DNA of 64,000 nucleotides from Marsupella aquatica. Taxonomy: Eukaryota > Plantae > Marchantiophyta. Below, piece after piece: positions 39,067 to 50,600 of this stretch. The notes below the pieces were generated by a model. That model ran no database searches. It was not told where the DNA came from and saw only the letters and a program-made list of their open reading frames with translations. A program made the translations under genes and the position numbers. The DNA lies in NCBI GenBank assembly GCA_973895155.1, contig OZ316892.1:8970283-9034282 (forward strand), written 5' to 3'. Position 1 is the stretch's first letter. Each line of letters begins with the position of its first letter.

Positions 39067-42000
39067 CCCCTTGCCCAATTGGAAGGCGGTTTCTTCTCCA
39101 CAAAGCACCAACACTACAAAGAGAAAAATCATTAGTTGCTGTTGTGATTTCTTAGTGTGTGAATTCAACAGGGCTTGTGCACTAGGACAGAATCCACTAG
39201 ACATTAAGACAGTGAATAAAAATGGCGGAAGAGAAATTCAGGGAGTTCTTGCCAAGGATGGCCTCCTCAGGGAATCGTTACAGTTAAAACGAGACGGGAG
39301 AAGCTTATAATGATGTCAAAAAAGTTTATGACTATGAGAATCATGTAGGGAGTGGTCAGTGCGAGCTACTATGAGATGGCAAGGACTCACATGCCCGGCG
39401 GCCCGCCCCTGACATAGCTGCTCAGCGAAGGCCCCCGGCCTCTGAAGAGCTGGTAGACGACGGAGAAGCAGGTTACGTCCTGTCTGAAAAGGACGACTTA
39501 CAGGAGACGTGCCACTGAAATCTGGGTTCCGAGGCGTATGTCCCGGACATGCTTAGTAACTCCAGAATCCGAGGGAACGGCCCCCTTGCCATCTGGGAAA
39601 TCAAAGAAGCTACTGGTGAAGGTTGTTGAGGTATTGTATAATGTCAGTAAACAGGAATTTTGATTGTGAGGAGAATGTTGTTGGCGAGTCACTAGTGGTT
39701 TTAAATTTCACTTGATTTTTGCTGCTGTTAAATTTTTAGTAAATTTTTAACATTCCTGATGATCAGCAAGTTCTCTAGCCAAGACAGGAGTCCCAAAAAT
39801 GGACGTTTCCAACCAGGTTGTTGTTAGCGAGGGGTCACTTGAGTAAATTTTTTGCTAGTGCGAGAATTGTTTTACTGTTTCCTTGCATGCTACAATGACC
39901 CAGCGTTGTTTACTAATTATTTCAAAGCATAGACTATTACGAAATAACAAAGCCAGGAGGGCAATGAGTGAGACTTTCATTGATCAAGGATTAAACATAT
40001 CCAGCCTACTGATAAAAGAAAAGCTCGAATCACGAGACGGAACTGACAAACACCAGGAGCACGAATACCCAGGCGATGATGAGCGAAACACAGGTATATA
40101 GAATCCTGAAGCCTCACGTTGTTGCCCATTCAGCTCCTTAGTTTCACGACAAAGAACCTCTGCTGATTTCTCCGTACCAACAGCGGCCATCGTCACTGCT
40201 ATCCAGCTGCTCCCGCAGCGACCCCTATACACAATTCCTGGCGCATCTACTTGTCCGTCTCTACAGTACAAACCACCCATGGCACCTGGCTCCCTTATCT
40301 CCTCCTCGTCCCGAACAACTCCGCAAGCTGTCCACCATCCCCTCGTCCCACAACATTTCCTGGATCCGTAAGCACCTGCCCTAGCTACTTCTCCCATTCA
40401 TCAGGCAAGGTCGAGATGAATATAGAAATTCCGAACACCTTACCCATTTAAAGCTCGGTGGCTGTACCATCAATCGGAGAAGGCCACCAAGTCCTCCTGT
40501 CTTTAGTGTTGCTTTTGAGTTTGTCATATCTGAAGATATAGACTACACCACACTGTTGTGGCTCTTCTGGGCCTCATCGCGGCTTCGCCTGATTAGTGTT
40601 GCCTGGGTCTTTAGCCAGGCGGTTGGGGCCTGACCCTGGCGGCACTGGCCCCTTTCTGAAGAAAAAGCTTGGGAACCAATTAAGAATCAATAGTGATTCA
40701 CATTCTGGTCCTGCAAATACTTTGAACACACTCGCACTAAAAAACAAGATGATATGTGTAGAAGAGACCCTCACTTGACTCGATACTTTCTAGAGTACAT
40801 GTAGGTTTGCTTCATCATGCAGCCATATGCTAGCCATATGCTAGAGTTATACCTGGAAGAACTGTCTTGGTGCAATTAAGGGCGATCACTGCTGTCAAGC
40901 TCGAAAAAGAAGCAACCTTAAATTCTCACATCGACACAAATTGATCCATGAAACTCTGGTTGAGGTTGTGGGGCAGTGCTCAAAGTTTGTCTCATTCTCG
41001 AAGTTGTCTCATTCTGGTTGTCTCAATCTGCTCCAACAAAACTGCTGGTGACTTAGTGCGAAGCACATCCCGAAGCAGTTCTGGCAATTTCAACCCTTAT
41101 TTGAATCCTGAGTAGTTGAACTGAGAGACGACAGTCTACTCGCCCTGAATCCATGCTTAAACAACGGACGACTCACCCCGATTTGGCCACATACTCTAGT
41201 ATGCATCTGATGTGAAAGAAAATTGTAGATTGTACGTTGTACACTGCAAATTCTATCAGTTACGTACTTGCACTTGAATGTCAATTCAAACACATGCATG
41301 TCGATACTGACGTTTGAGGAGACCAGTCAGGGTGTTCCCATTTAGGTACCCCAGGGCGACTGCCGCAAAGCAATATGCTCACCAGCTTTCTCGGCCATTC
41401 TCAGTGTAGCCTCGACTATAATGTGCTAATAGTCTTGAAGAGTCACACAAGATACGTGCAGAATGGGAGAAAAAGTATGACAGAACTGTCTTCCCATATA
41501 ATTTGGATGCTTGGACTAGACTGTTGAATTGCATATCTTTTCAGTACACACTGTTGAAAAATGTGGTCACGTCTGCACCACATTTTCCAAGGTTGTTGGA
41601 TTGTAGAAACAATTAAGTGTCCCGAGAAATTCCAGCCCATAGAATGTGACCATGTCCTCCAACCTCTCATACCCCATACTTACGGTGTTTGACTGTTCGG
41701 TCTGCAACCTCTTGTAGGTCTCAAACCAAGACACAAAGGACTAACAACTTCATTCCTAGATTACAAACTTCTGCAGACTGAAGAGGGCAGTAGGAAGGAC
41801 AGTAGACAGGAGAAACTAGTTTCCATTCTAAAAAAGACTGTTGAAAGTTTGCTTGAAGTGAAGAGTACTCTCGTTGACCTGATGACGTACGTCTTTTACT
41901 GTCCGAACTGACTCGATCTGATGTGCTATCTGGCCAAAATTGCAATGCACTAATCCGTTTTCCGATCCGATCAGAAACGAAAACGTCATGCTCAAAATTC

Positions 42001-42364
42001 GGACTACCACTTCACTGAATGATGATCGTTATTGTTGACTCAAAGTCGCAAATTTTGTGACGTTCTCCCTGGCATCTGTCCCCAAAATAATGATGTTGCT
42101 CTTATTGGATTTGTGCCAGAGACATCTTTTTAACGGACCCGAAGATCTTGAATAACGATAATCATTCAGTGACTTTCAACGAAAATCACTTTCTTCGGGT
42201 CTGTTGAAAAGTGGACATTTTCCTGAATGTCAGTCAGAATAACGATAATCATTCACGTGTATAACTAGTCGTCAGTCTATTCTGTCTCGCATTCCGAAGG
42301 ACTGCAGCGTTCCGAATATAAGACGGCTGGATTCAACTTGGAAGACATTCGTCGATTCCTCTCT

Positions 42365-42505
42365 TTGCTTTTCGGGCTCTATGACTTTTTTTGACTATTC
42401 GGCTTTTTGACTCTTGGGTTTTCCCGGTTTTTCCCTTCGAGTTCCCCTTTTATTTGGGTTTTTGGCCTTTGGGATTATGTCTCCCGATAAGGCGTTTTGT
42501 TCCTA
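42365..42505 (+). repeat. Opposite-orientation copy of the dispersed repeat family
   Basis: The reverse complement gggagacataatcccaaaggccaaaaacccaaataaaagggg matches aggagacatgatcccaaaggctggagaccaataaagggg at 12291. Confidence 0.65.
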
Positions 42506-43212
42506 GCAAATTCTATATATATCATTCTCATTGCTTGCTCAATTGCTCTGCATCCAGTAGTTTTCCGTGTAGTTCTCTCTGCCGTCTCGAGCTTGTTGCG
42601 AGCGATATTGATCTGTTGCGCCATCCCCACTCCAATTTCTCTTTTCGCCAACATCTCGAGGTTCTACAGCCGTTGCTGCAGTCCTCATCACTCTTTGGGC
42701 TTCTGGAGCCGTCTTCATTATCACGGTAATCTGAACTTCTGAGGAATTTTGTGTTTCGAATTAGGGCAGACTGCACGGCATGTTGGAATTCTGTTTTCGG
42801 TTTTACTGTAGTTGTCGAACGTCCAGAAATTCAGTTTGCTCCCGTGCACTTTTCGGCGTTTCAGTTACTTGGGACTCCTGTGCTCTGTTTCAAATCTCTT
42901 TACTAAAAGTTGGGCGTGCTATTTGACTTTTACAAAATACTGAGAAAGTTATAGAAACTGTTCTCTTTGTGAAGGAGGATTTGATCAGCCGTGATTGTTC
43001 TATTTACACTACAGCTTTTGGGTTGTTCAGCCAGGAGTAAACAACGTCTCTGTTACAAAATAAAGGTTATAGAAGTTGTTGTTTGTTTGTGAAGCGGAGT
43101 TATATCAGGTGTGATTTTGCAGCTTTTTGGTTATTCAGCCAGGAGTAAACAATGTTTGCTGGAATGTATGAGGGTTCACGATTTAAGGAAATTTTCTGTG
43201 GACGCAGCCAAC

Positions 43213-43586
43213 GAATAAGACATTTGTAAAGTGTTCGAAGATTGGAAAATGCAGATTGAATTCAATTGATCTTGTAATTCTTGTGCGAATAGCATGCGAA
43301 TGTTCTCGCGCATTAGTTGTAATTTGTATCAGTAATTTTCTCTTGGATTAAGATGTCTGTAGACTGTTTGAAGATTTGGAAACTGCAGATTCAATTCAAT
43401 TGATCGTTAACTTTTGTGAGAACAGGATGCGAATGTTTTCCCGCATGAGTTGTAATTTGCATCAGTCGTAATCATCCCATCGAATAAGATATCTGTAGAC
43501 TGCTTGAAGATTGGACAAGGTGGATTGAATTCAGTTTGTCTTTCAATTCGAAGAATGCGAATGTGTTCCCGCATCAACTGTAGTTT
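43213..43586. repeat. Three diverged ~135-bp tandem units (with a separate ~115-bp duplication at 42948-43154)
   Basis: Repeated taagat.t.tgtagact..ttgaagattgga...cagatt.aattcaattgatc...atgcgaatgtt.tc.cgcat.agttgta. Confidence 0.8.
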
Positions 43587-44782
43587 CCTTTGGTTCTGTA
43601 AATTAAGCGAGAAACGAGCTGAACTGCTACTGAAACCTCCCTTTGTTCTGTAAGCTAAGCTGAGAAGTTAGCTCAACTTCTATTGCAACTTCCCTTCGTT
43701 TTGTAAGCTGAGCTGAGAGACAAGCCCATCTCCTGAAATTGATCTCTACTAAAATGAAGCAAGCTGGTCGCAGCAATTCTTAAGGCCAGTTGGAAAAGTG
43801 AGGCAGGGAGAAAATACATGACAAAGTCGCGCCGATTCGGGACTGATGAAAATTCTTGTATACAACTCGAGATTATCATTTTTCTCATCCTATAACTTTA
43901 CAAGTATTACATGATCTGATATCTTTCTGTAGTCAACAACTCCAGAATGTCTGGAGATCCTATTTCTTTTATAGTTCTACCAAGACACTCGAAAGGTAGT
44001 TATCGCGCACTATTCATGCTTCTTGGGCATTGGGTGACTTCCCGGGAAAAAAAACTCATTCACAGTACGACGTTGAGCACGCCAACAGCCGTCTGCCCAA
44101 TCCGCTGTAGCGATCGTATAAATATGATGAGGGGTGTTCGTTCCATTCACCACTGAGAGCGCCAACCCTTTGCTTTAAGCAACAAAGGGGTGATGACGGT
44201 GCCCTCGTTCATCCTTTAATGACCAACAACAACCCCTACGGTTATGAAGTTATGGAAGTGACGTCGAATGAAAGTACTGCTTCCTGCGCTTCTTTCCTGA
44301 GGAATCTTTAAACTGAACTTCTTCCAAGTTTGGAGCGAGGATGATTGTTGACGATCTCCAAACGCTCCTGGTCGCTCAGATGCTGCAAGGTCATCAGAGG
44401 AACGAATATTCTCAATCTCCTGTAGAGTGGAGTTTATTTTTCAGGGAGATGAAACCGTTGAAAACTATGACAGGCTCTTTGACGACCTGCCTCCTATATG
44501 TAAACATCCCCAATCGACCGATCCACGTGAATTGCATTTCTCCGGTGAAGACCTGAATGATGAATCGGTGTGGAGCTGTGGCAATCCTATTGACTGATCG
44601 GCAAAGAACTCCTGGCGATTGTGCTCTATGTAAATCTGAGTAGTCCGAACTCTGAACTACTTCCTTTGAAGGAGCCCAATTCGGTTCCAGAATACCAAAG
44701 ACTGCAACAGAGAGCGTGAAGGAGACCAGAAAACAAGATCCAGCTGCAGCAATGTAAAGCTTTAAGTGGAGTGCGGGCCACT

Positions 44783-47023
44783 TCACCGTGTGTGCGATCT
44801 AATGAAAACATGACCAATGTTGTGAGCTGTCCTCCCCGCCTGCTTCATGACTCCTTTCCCCATCTGTTTCATTCTGGAAGTCCCCATCTTTTGCTTGTCA
44901 GGCTCGTCAAAACCATCCACATCGTCCCCAGGACTTTCATCCATATCTTCTCCAGGAATTTCATCCACATCTTCATGATTTTCATCCACATCCTCTCCTT
45001 GAATTCCATGATATTCGGGCACCAGGGCTAATTCATCCTGCAAGCCACTGGCTTGAAGATTTTTAACGTCTTCGTCATTCATTTCGAACTTCATGTGGAC
45101 ACTCGGACCACTGTCCCCAACGTTATAGATCTCCAATTCATTAGCTTCAGCTGACAACTCTCCGCACACATCTAATCGAGGAAAGACCTCCTTATCCTTT
45201 AGGCTTCTTCGGTGCAACAAACTCCTCACTTTGGATCTCCTCGCTCCATATCCTCCTGCCGGATTTGCGAAGTCTTGTTGCACATCGTCCAACTTATCTT
45301 CTTGGCGTCGTAATTTTCCATGCTCCTTTTCCCTATGAGACAACGCTTTCCTACTCCTGCTTTGCAATCTCAAAGACTCCATACTATACGCCTCCTTCAC
45401 CACATATCTCCCAGGATTCATAATAGAAACACATCCTGCTTGGCCTACTCCAACATCTACACTCTGACATTCATCCCTCAAGGGAGTCTCGTCGGACTCT
45501 GATCCCCAGCGTTCCCCACTGCTCCCACTTCTTGAAGGATCATTGTCTTCTTTCGGGAACACTGCCGGAGTCGACGTCATTAGATCTTTTCTTGCATCTG
45601 CAGCCGGTGGACTGTCCAAACTCTTGTTCTCCCTGTCAACCCCAGTTTGCATCCCCTCGATTGTGATAGCGACACGCAGCCGTCCAGTCTTCACACCATC
45701 AAGTTGCAACCACATTTCATGTCTTTGACCATCTCTGAACTCCTTGATACACATGTGCTTGTATCCCATCTCATCATCGATGAAGCGGTCTTTATCACGG
45801 ACACGGAATTTTAAGGGGGAGTCCCAATTGACTATTGGGATACGAAATTGCTCATGCCATTTCGGTTGTAAAGTCTTTTTCCTTGTCGTCGTTACCACCT
45901 CAGCTTGTCCCAGAACAATCTTCACATAAGGATCAGCTTTCCCATTGGGATCACAAGCCTTCATACTCTCAGCTTCAAGGATCTCCACCAGAATTGTTCC
46001 CACGGAGCCCTTCATCCCAGTGTGGAACCAATCCCCTGCTGCATTGCAATCACCGGTTGGGCTTTTCGTTGTCTTTAGCTTCGCATAAACAGCCATCATT
46101 TCACCCACGAGCTTAGACACGTCCACCACCAGCAAGTTCGGCTCGACTAAAGATTGCTCAAGCGCATCGACTATCATTTTATCCAGCCAAGCAGCAATAC
46201 CAGGTAAATCCGTCACATCCATCCCACGGCTAAACACGGGCTTGGCAACCATTCGAATGATAGGGGCATCTGAGAAGGAAATACGCAATCGCTCAATCAA
46301 TGGCCATCCCTTTGCGAATCTGACTCCCACTTTCAGATTCCCCTCGACCTGAATGTTGGAGATGTGGAATGAAGTCCAAATTCCCAGCCCAAGTAGCTTC
46401 CTCATTTGCACAGCCATCGCCGCGTGCATATCATTTGATGCAGAGAAATTCATAGTCATCTCCAGCACCAGATGGTCACCATCGGTTGGATTGCGTCCAG
46501 CTCTGAAACGAGTGAACACAGGAGGAGTCTTCCCCAAGTACAACTTCTGGAGGACAACCTTTTTTGCAGTCCAGGGTTTATATTTCTCCAGAAACCAGGG
46601 AGCTAAACGCATGAGAAATTCTTCAGACGCGAATTTCTCCAGAAAAACGGGCCACACGCTCTTCACCACACAGTTGAGCCACCGAGCCGTCTCGACATCA
46701 GAGAGCAGCCGCTTTCTGTCGGTGGCCTTCCTCTCGTCACTTCGAATCCTAGTCTCGATTTTCTGTCTCTGTCTCTTCTCGATGTAACAAATATACGCAA
46801 ATCCAAGAGTGAAGACAAAAAGTAGATTGCAATTCCACCGCGAGCAGATCCACCCAACTAATAGAACCAGCGCCACGTGAATCATAAGGGGAGGAATGTA
46901 CAGAAACTCCAACAGCTCCTGCTTTTGCCATTCTTGCTGCTGCTGCTGTTCTTCCTCCCCTCCTACCGTTTTCTCTGCTCCTCCCATTCTCGCCCAACCC
47001 TGCAGTCTACGACTTCCACTCAT
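44783..47023 (-). CDS. N-terminal TM + SMP + C2 domain protein (plant NTMC2T6 / At1g53590-like, synaptotagmin-related), 746 aa, uninterrupted CDS
   Basis: Single 2241-nt ORF. A hydrophobic N-terminal hairpin is followed by an SMP region (LLSD.ETARWLN..V..VWP.F.E..AS, PWFL.KYKPW, LYLGKTPP, DVTDLPGIAAWLDK) and a C2 domain (VEILEA...CDPNGKADPYVK, KTLQPKWHEQFRIPI.W, VRDKDRF.DD, FRDGQRH.MWL.L..VKTGRL..AIT). The tail is acidic with a basic C-terminal helix. Confidence 0.9.
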   Translation of the reverse strand: MSGSRRLQGWARMGGAEKTVGGEEEQQQQQEWQKQELLEFLYIPPLMIHVALVLLVGWICSRWNCNLLFVFTLGFAYICYIEKRQRQKIETRIRSDERKATDRKRLLSDVETARWLNCVVKSVWPVFLEKFASEEFLMRLAPWFLEKYKPWTAKKVVLQKLYLGKTPPVFTRFRAGRNPTDGDHLVLEMTMNFSASNDMHAAMAVQMRKLLGLGIWTSFHISNIQVEGNLKVGVRFAKGWPLIERLRISFSDAPIIRMVAKPVFSRGMDVTDLPGIAAWLDKMIVDALEQSLVEPNLLVVDVSKLVGEMMAVYAKLKTTKSPTGDCNAAGDWFHTGMKGSVGTILVEILEAESMKACDPNGKADPYVKIVLGQAEVVTTTRKKTLQPKWHEQFRIPIVNWDSPLKFRVRDKDRFIDDEMGYKHMCIKEFRDGQRHEMWLQLDGVKTGRLRVAITIEGMQTGVDRENKSLDSPPAADARKDLMTSTPAVFPKEDNDPSRSGSSGERWGSESDETPLRDECQSVDVGVGQAGCVSIMNPGRYVVKEAYSMESLRLQSRSRKALSHREKEHGKLRRQEDKLDDVQQDFANPAGGYGARRSKVRSLLHRRSLKDKEVFPRLDVCGELSAEANELEIYNVGDSGPSVHMKFEMNDEDVKNLQASGLQDELALVPEYHGIQGEDVDENHEDVDEIPGEDMDESPGDDVDGFDEPDKQKMGTSRMKQMGKGVMKQAGRTAHNIGHVFIRSHTR

Positions 47024-47633
47024 GCTAGATCTAAGACTTTCAACACATTCTACGACTTTGAGGATCCGTCAAACTTTCATTCACAAGATAAACATCCTGA
47101 CAATCTGTACAATGATGAATGCTTTGTTTTACACAGATGTCTCCAAGAAAAAAGCTTCTATGATGGCAACAACGTTCTTCTTCCACACCATCCACCTAAT
47201 TCGCCTCTGCCTGGCTGAATAGTCCGCTGACAGCCACCATCATCTCCATCCGGGATTCTTAATTGCTCCGATCCCCTGATCTTCTTTCTATATTTCAAAC
47301 ACCATGCAAGGACCCTCAATACCAGGCCCCTCCTCTCTGCTCTGCTCTGCTCCGCTCCGTCCCTGACAAATGCAACCCTGTCAATCATTCATCCCCTGGT
47401 CGTCAGCTCCTACTCGACTTCGAAATTCGTCCTTCCAACAGCCCCGCTTAATTCCAAAATCCAGCAGCTCCTTCCCTCCAGCCAACTGATCACTCCCTCC
47501 CTCCCTCCCTCACACAATCCACAGAGTTCGAAGCTCGAAGTAAGAAAACGCAATCCAGCCCACAGAAACCGATCATATCAAAATGCAGTCCTGGTCGGTG
47601 GGATTTAAGGCAACAACAATGGAGTGCCAAAGC

Positions 47634-47634
<1 letters not shown>

Positions 47635-47669
<35 letters not shown>
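47635..47669. repeat. (CT/GA)n microsatellite in the 5' region of the SMP-C2 gene
   Basis: About 16 CT units. GAGA repeats are common in plant 5' regions (possible BPC/BBR sites). Confidence 0.85.
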
Positions 47670-47672
<3 letters not shown>

Positions 47673-50600
47673 GCCGTTTCAACGCTTTCCTCCCGCTGCC
47701 TCGAGCGCACACAATGCTGCGGAGTTTGACTCCTAGAGGCAGAATACCAAGTCATCAAAGACAGCATGAGATAGTCCTTTCTATACTTCTATCCTCTTTC
47801 CGCTTGGCGCATTTGCAATCTTTTCGGCTGGCGCTTTGCAATTTATTGCTCAGCCCTGACAACCACTACGATACTTCTCGTGCGTCTGTCGCAGAGAGAA
47901 ACGAAATCCGAGCTCAAATGACAAATGTACAGTAGAGCTCTACTGCTGTAGCTTCGCTTTTTTACGGAGTCAGTAGACTAGTAAGACTTGCGAGTAAAGT
48001 TGTCCACTGTACTGTGCTGCACCGCACGCATCGGCACAACGCGGTTTCGCGCGCGGAAAGGCGTCAGCCGCTGTCTTACTTCTCAAGCGGGCGTCGAAAA
48101 CGTGCTCTTTTCGAGTTTACCGCGTGGGTAGGTTTTAGATTATCAGTTTTTAAGTGCATTGTCATTAAAAATATTTAAATTTCGAAGTGTCATTATTCTA
48201 TCATATATATAAGTATATTATTATTTTTGTATACGATTTCTCTGGTTATGTTGGTGAGCTTGTAAAATCCATATACAAAAATGCTGACATATACTCATAA
48301 ATACAAAACATGGGATAATATTGTTAATTAAAATATCTTTAGTGGTAACACACTTAAAAATTGTTTAAGATTTGGCTCTTGCTCAACAGGGCTTCCCCTT
48401 GGGCCCCTCGGGCTTTCTAGCTCCATGGTGGCGTCCCGTTCATGGGGTGTTTTGCCTGAGAAATTTGGTAGTGTTTTTTTTTTTAGGCAGTCTGAGATAT
48501 AGTATCAACTTCCTCCATATTATATACTGGGTTCTAGCAACTACTCCATATTATATACCTAGACAGTTTTGGGCATCACCTCGATAACAGGGAGGTGAAT
48601 AAACAGGCTTGCTGTACATATAAGTGTGGGCAACATGGCATAACTTAGAGCAGTAGCACACACAACACCAATGATAGTGGATCCTTGTACTGACAGCTGT
48701 CAAAACTACACTTGGCATCATAGATCTACAAGCTTTAGTACTCCAATGATATAAGGTGATGGGACCACTCACCTCATCTATAGGATTAGTTATTGGACTC
48801 ATGACATATAGTTTGATAGGTGCTGACTCTGATTCATTCTCATCCCACTGCACTTAGTTGGTGAACTTGTTGGGTGACTCCTACTCTTGCCACGTACAGT
48901 GGCCGTGTTCTGGTCACTCAGTTTGAGTTTTCTTTGTGTCCCGTTGATCTTTCCCACTGAGGTATTTTGGAACAATTGGGCATAAGGCAGTCTTTCTTTA
49001 CAAATCAAAAGAGAGTCATAGAGTAGTCTGCTAAGAAAGAAAGTGCCATTTTTTGGTTTTGATTTTTATATGTTAGTTTGCATATGTCTACAGTAGGTTG
49101 ATGGGGCCCTGCATAAACCCCTCCCAAGTTATGGTTTAAAACGAAATTCTCTAAAATACCCTAAGAAAACATTGTGCTACGTGTCTTTGCACCGACCACA
49201 TGACCATTACGTGAGATTTGGGATATATTCAAAGTTCTAGATTTTTTAATAGGAATTTTGAATAATAATAATCGCGAAGCTTTTCACTTTATTTTCTGAC
49301 GCTTGTTTTAGCCGCGATCTGGCAACATCTGTCGGCAGTCAATTCGACGCGACACGAGAGGAAGACGCGGCCACTCGATCTAAAATAATCAAGCAACTCT
49401 GAAAATAATTGACGGTCGATTGCTAGATACAAGTTCCGGCGCCTTTGTCTCGGAGAGCAGGTGACACCGCGATAGGTTCCACCTGTTTCCTAGCTCGCCC
49501 TCGTTCTACGCCCAGTCGCCCACCGCGCAATTCCAAGGAACCCCGGTTTCGCGCGTTGATCGGATAGCGCGCGTTTTACTGTCCCGCACTAGTCGTAGTG
49601 CATGACGTTTGCAGTCACCGTCCTGCCCCTCTGACTAACAATAATGTATAACCGTTTTTTTTTATCATAGCCCCACCTGGTTAAATTTGTTAAAATATGT
49701 CTCCAAAATTAATTTGATTATCACCCTGCTTTGCTAGGTTTGACCCCAAAAGTGAGCATTACTACAAACCTGACCTACAGACTATTTTTATTACTACATT
49801 GCACTAGTATACAAATCTAACTAGCCTATATAATATAGTGCACATGTAGGAGCACCTGATTGGTGCGCTATTGACCCAGTTGGGTTAGCCTAGCCCACCT
49901 GCTCCCCTCTGGTCACCCCTTGCATGTTCACCTGCCTAATGCCTCCCCAAGCACACGGCGTCCTGCTGGCTCATCTTTCTTTAATTAAACTACTTAGACT
50001 ATGTGAGATGCTTCTGTCCTGGGGACACTCAAATTGCACTCAGCGTGCATACCTGAGTTGGTCATTGACGCTTCAGGCTTTGGACCAATCTATAAAGTTT
50101 AACCCCATATGTTGACCCCTAGATAACAAGTGATTGGGTTATGTACATATGGAGGCTTGCAATTCACCTGTGCTATAAACTAAAACAGTTTTTGGGGCAG
50201 GCAATAATTGTGGAGGATTTACATTACGTTCCAGTGTCACACTGTCACGTTCATGTCAACAGGGTCCTTCTCCCCGAAACGATAGGACATGATGGTAACT
50301 TTCCGATTCGATCAAATCTTCGGGAGGGTGATCGATCAGATCGAATCGAATCGAATTGAGGTGGCGGGAACAAAACGTGGACAGAGGTACGGAGTAATTT
50401 CATGATCATTTTTATGAGTCCGAAACGTTAGGATATGATCAAATCTTCGGGACGGTGATCGATCAGATGGGATTGAGAAGGCCGGGAACGAAATGTGTGA
50501 AGAAATTTCCCCGATCATTCTGATAAGTGAAGAAACTGCATCAAGACTCAACACAACTGCCAGAAGATGACTGAAATTCTTGAACAATGGAGGGCGAGAA

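Noticed and set aside
48041-48060. E2F-like TTTCGCGC site upstream of the SMP-C2 gene
   Set aside because: A short motif expected by chance in CGCG-rich DNA, with no supporting context.
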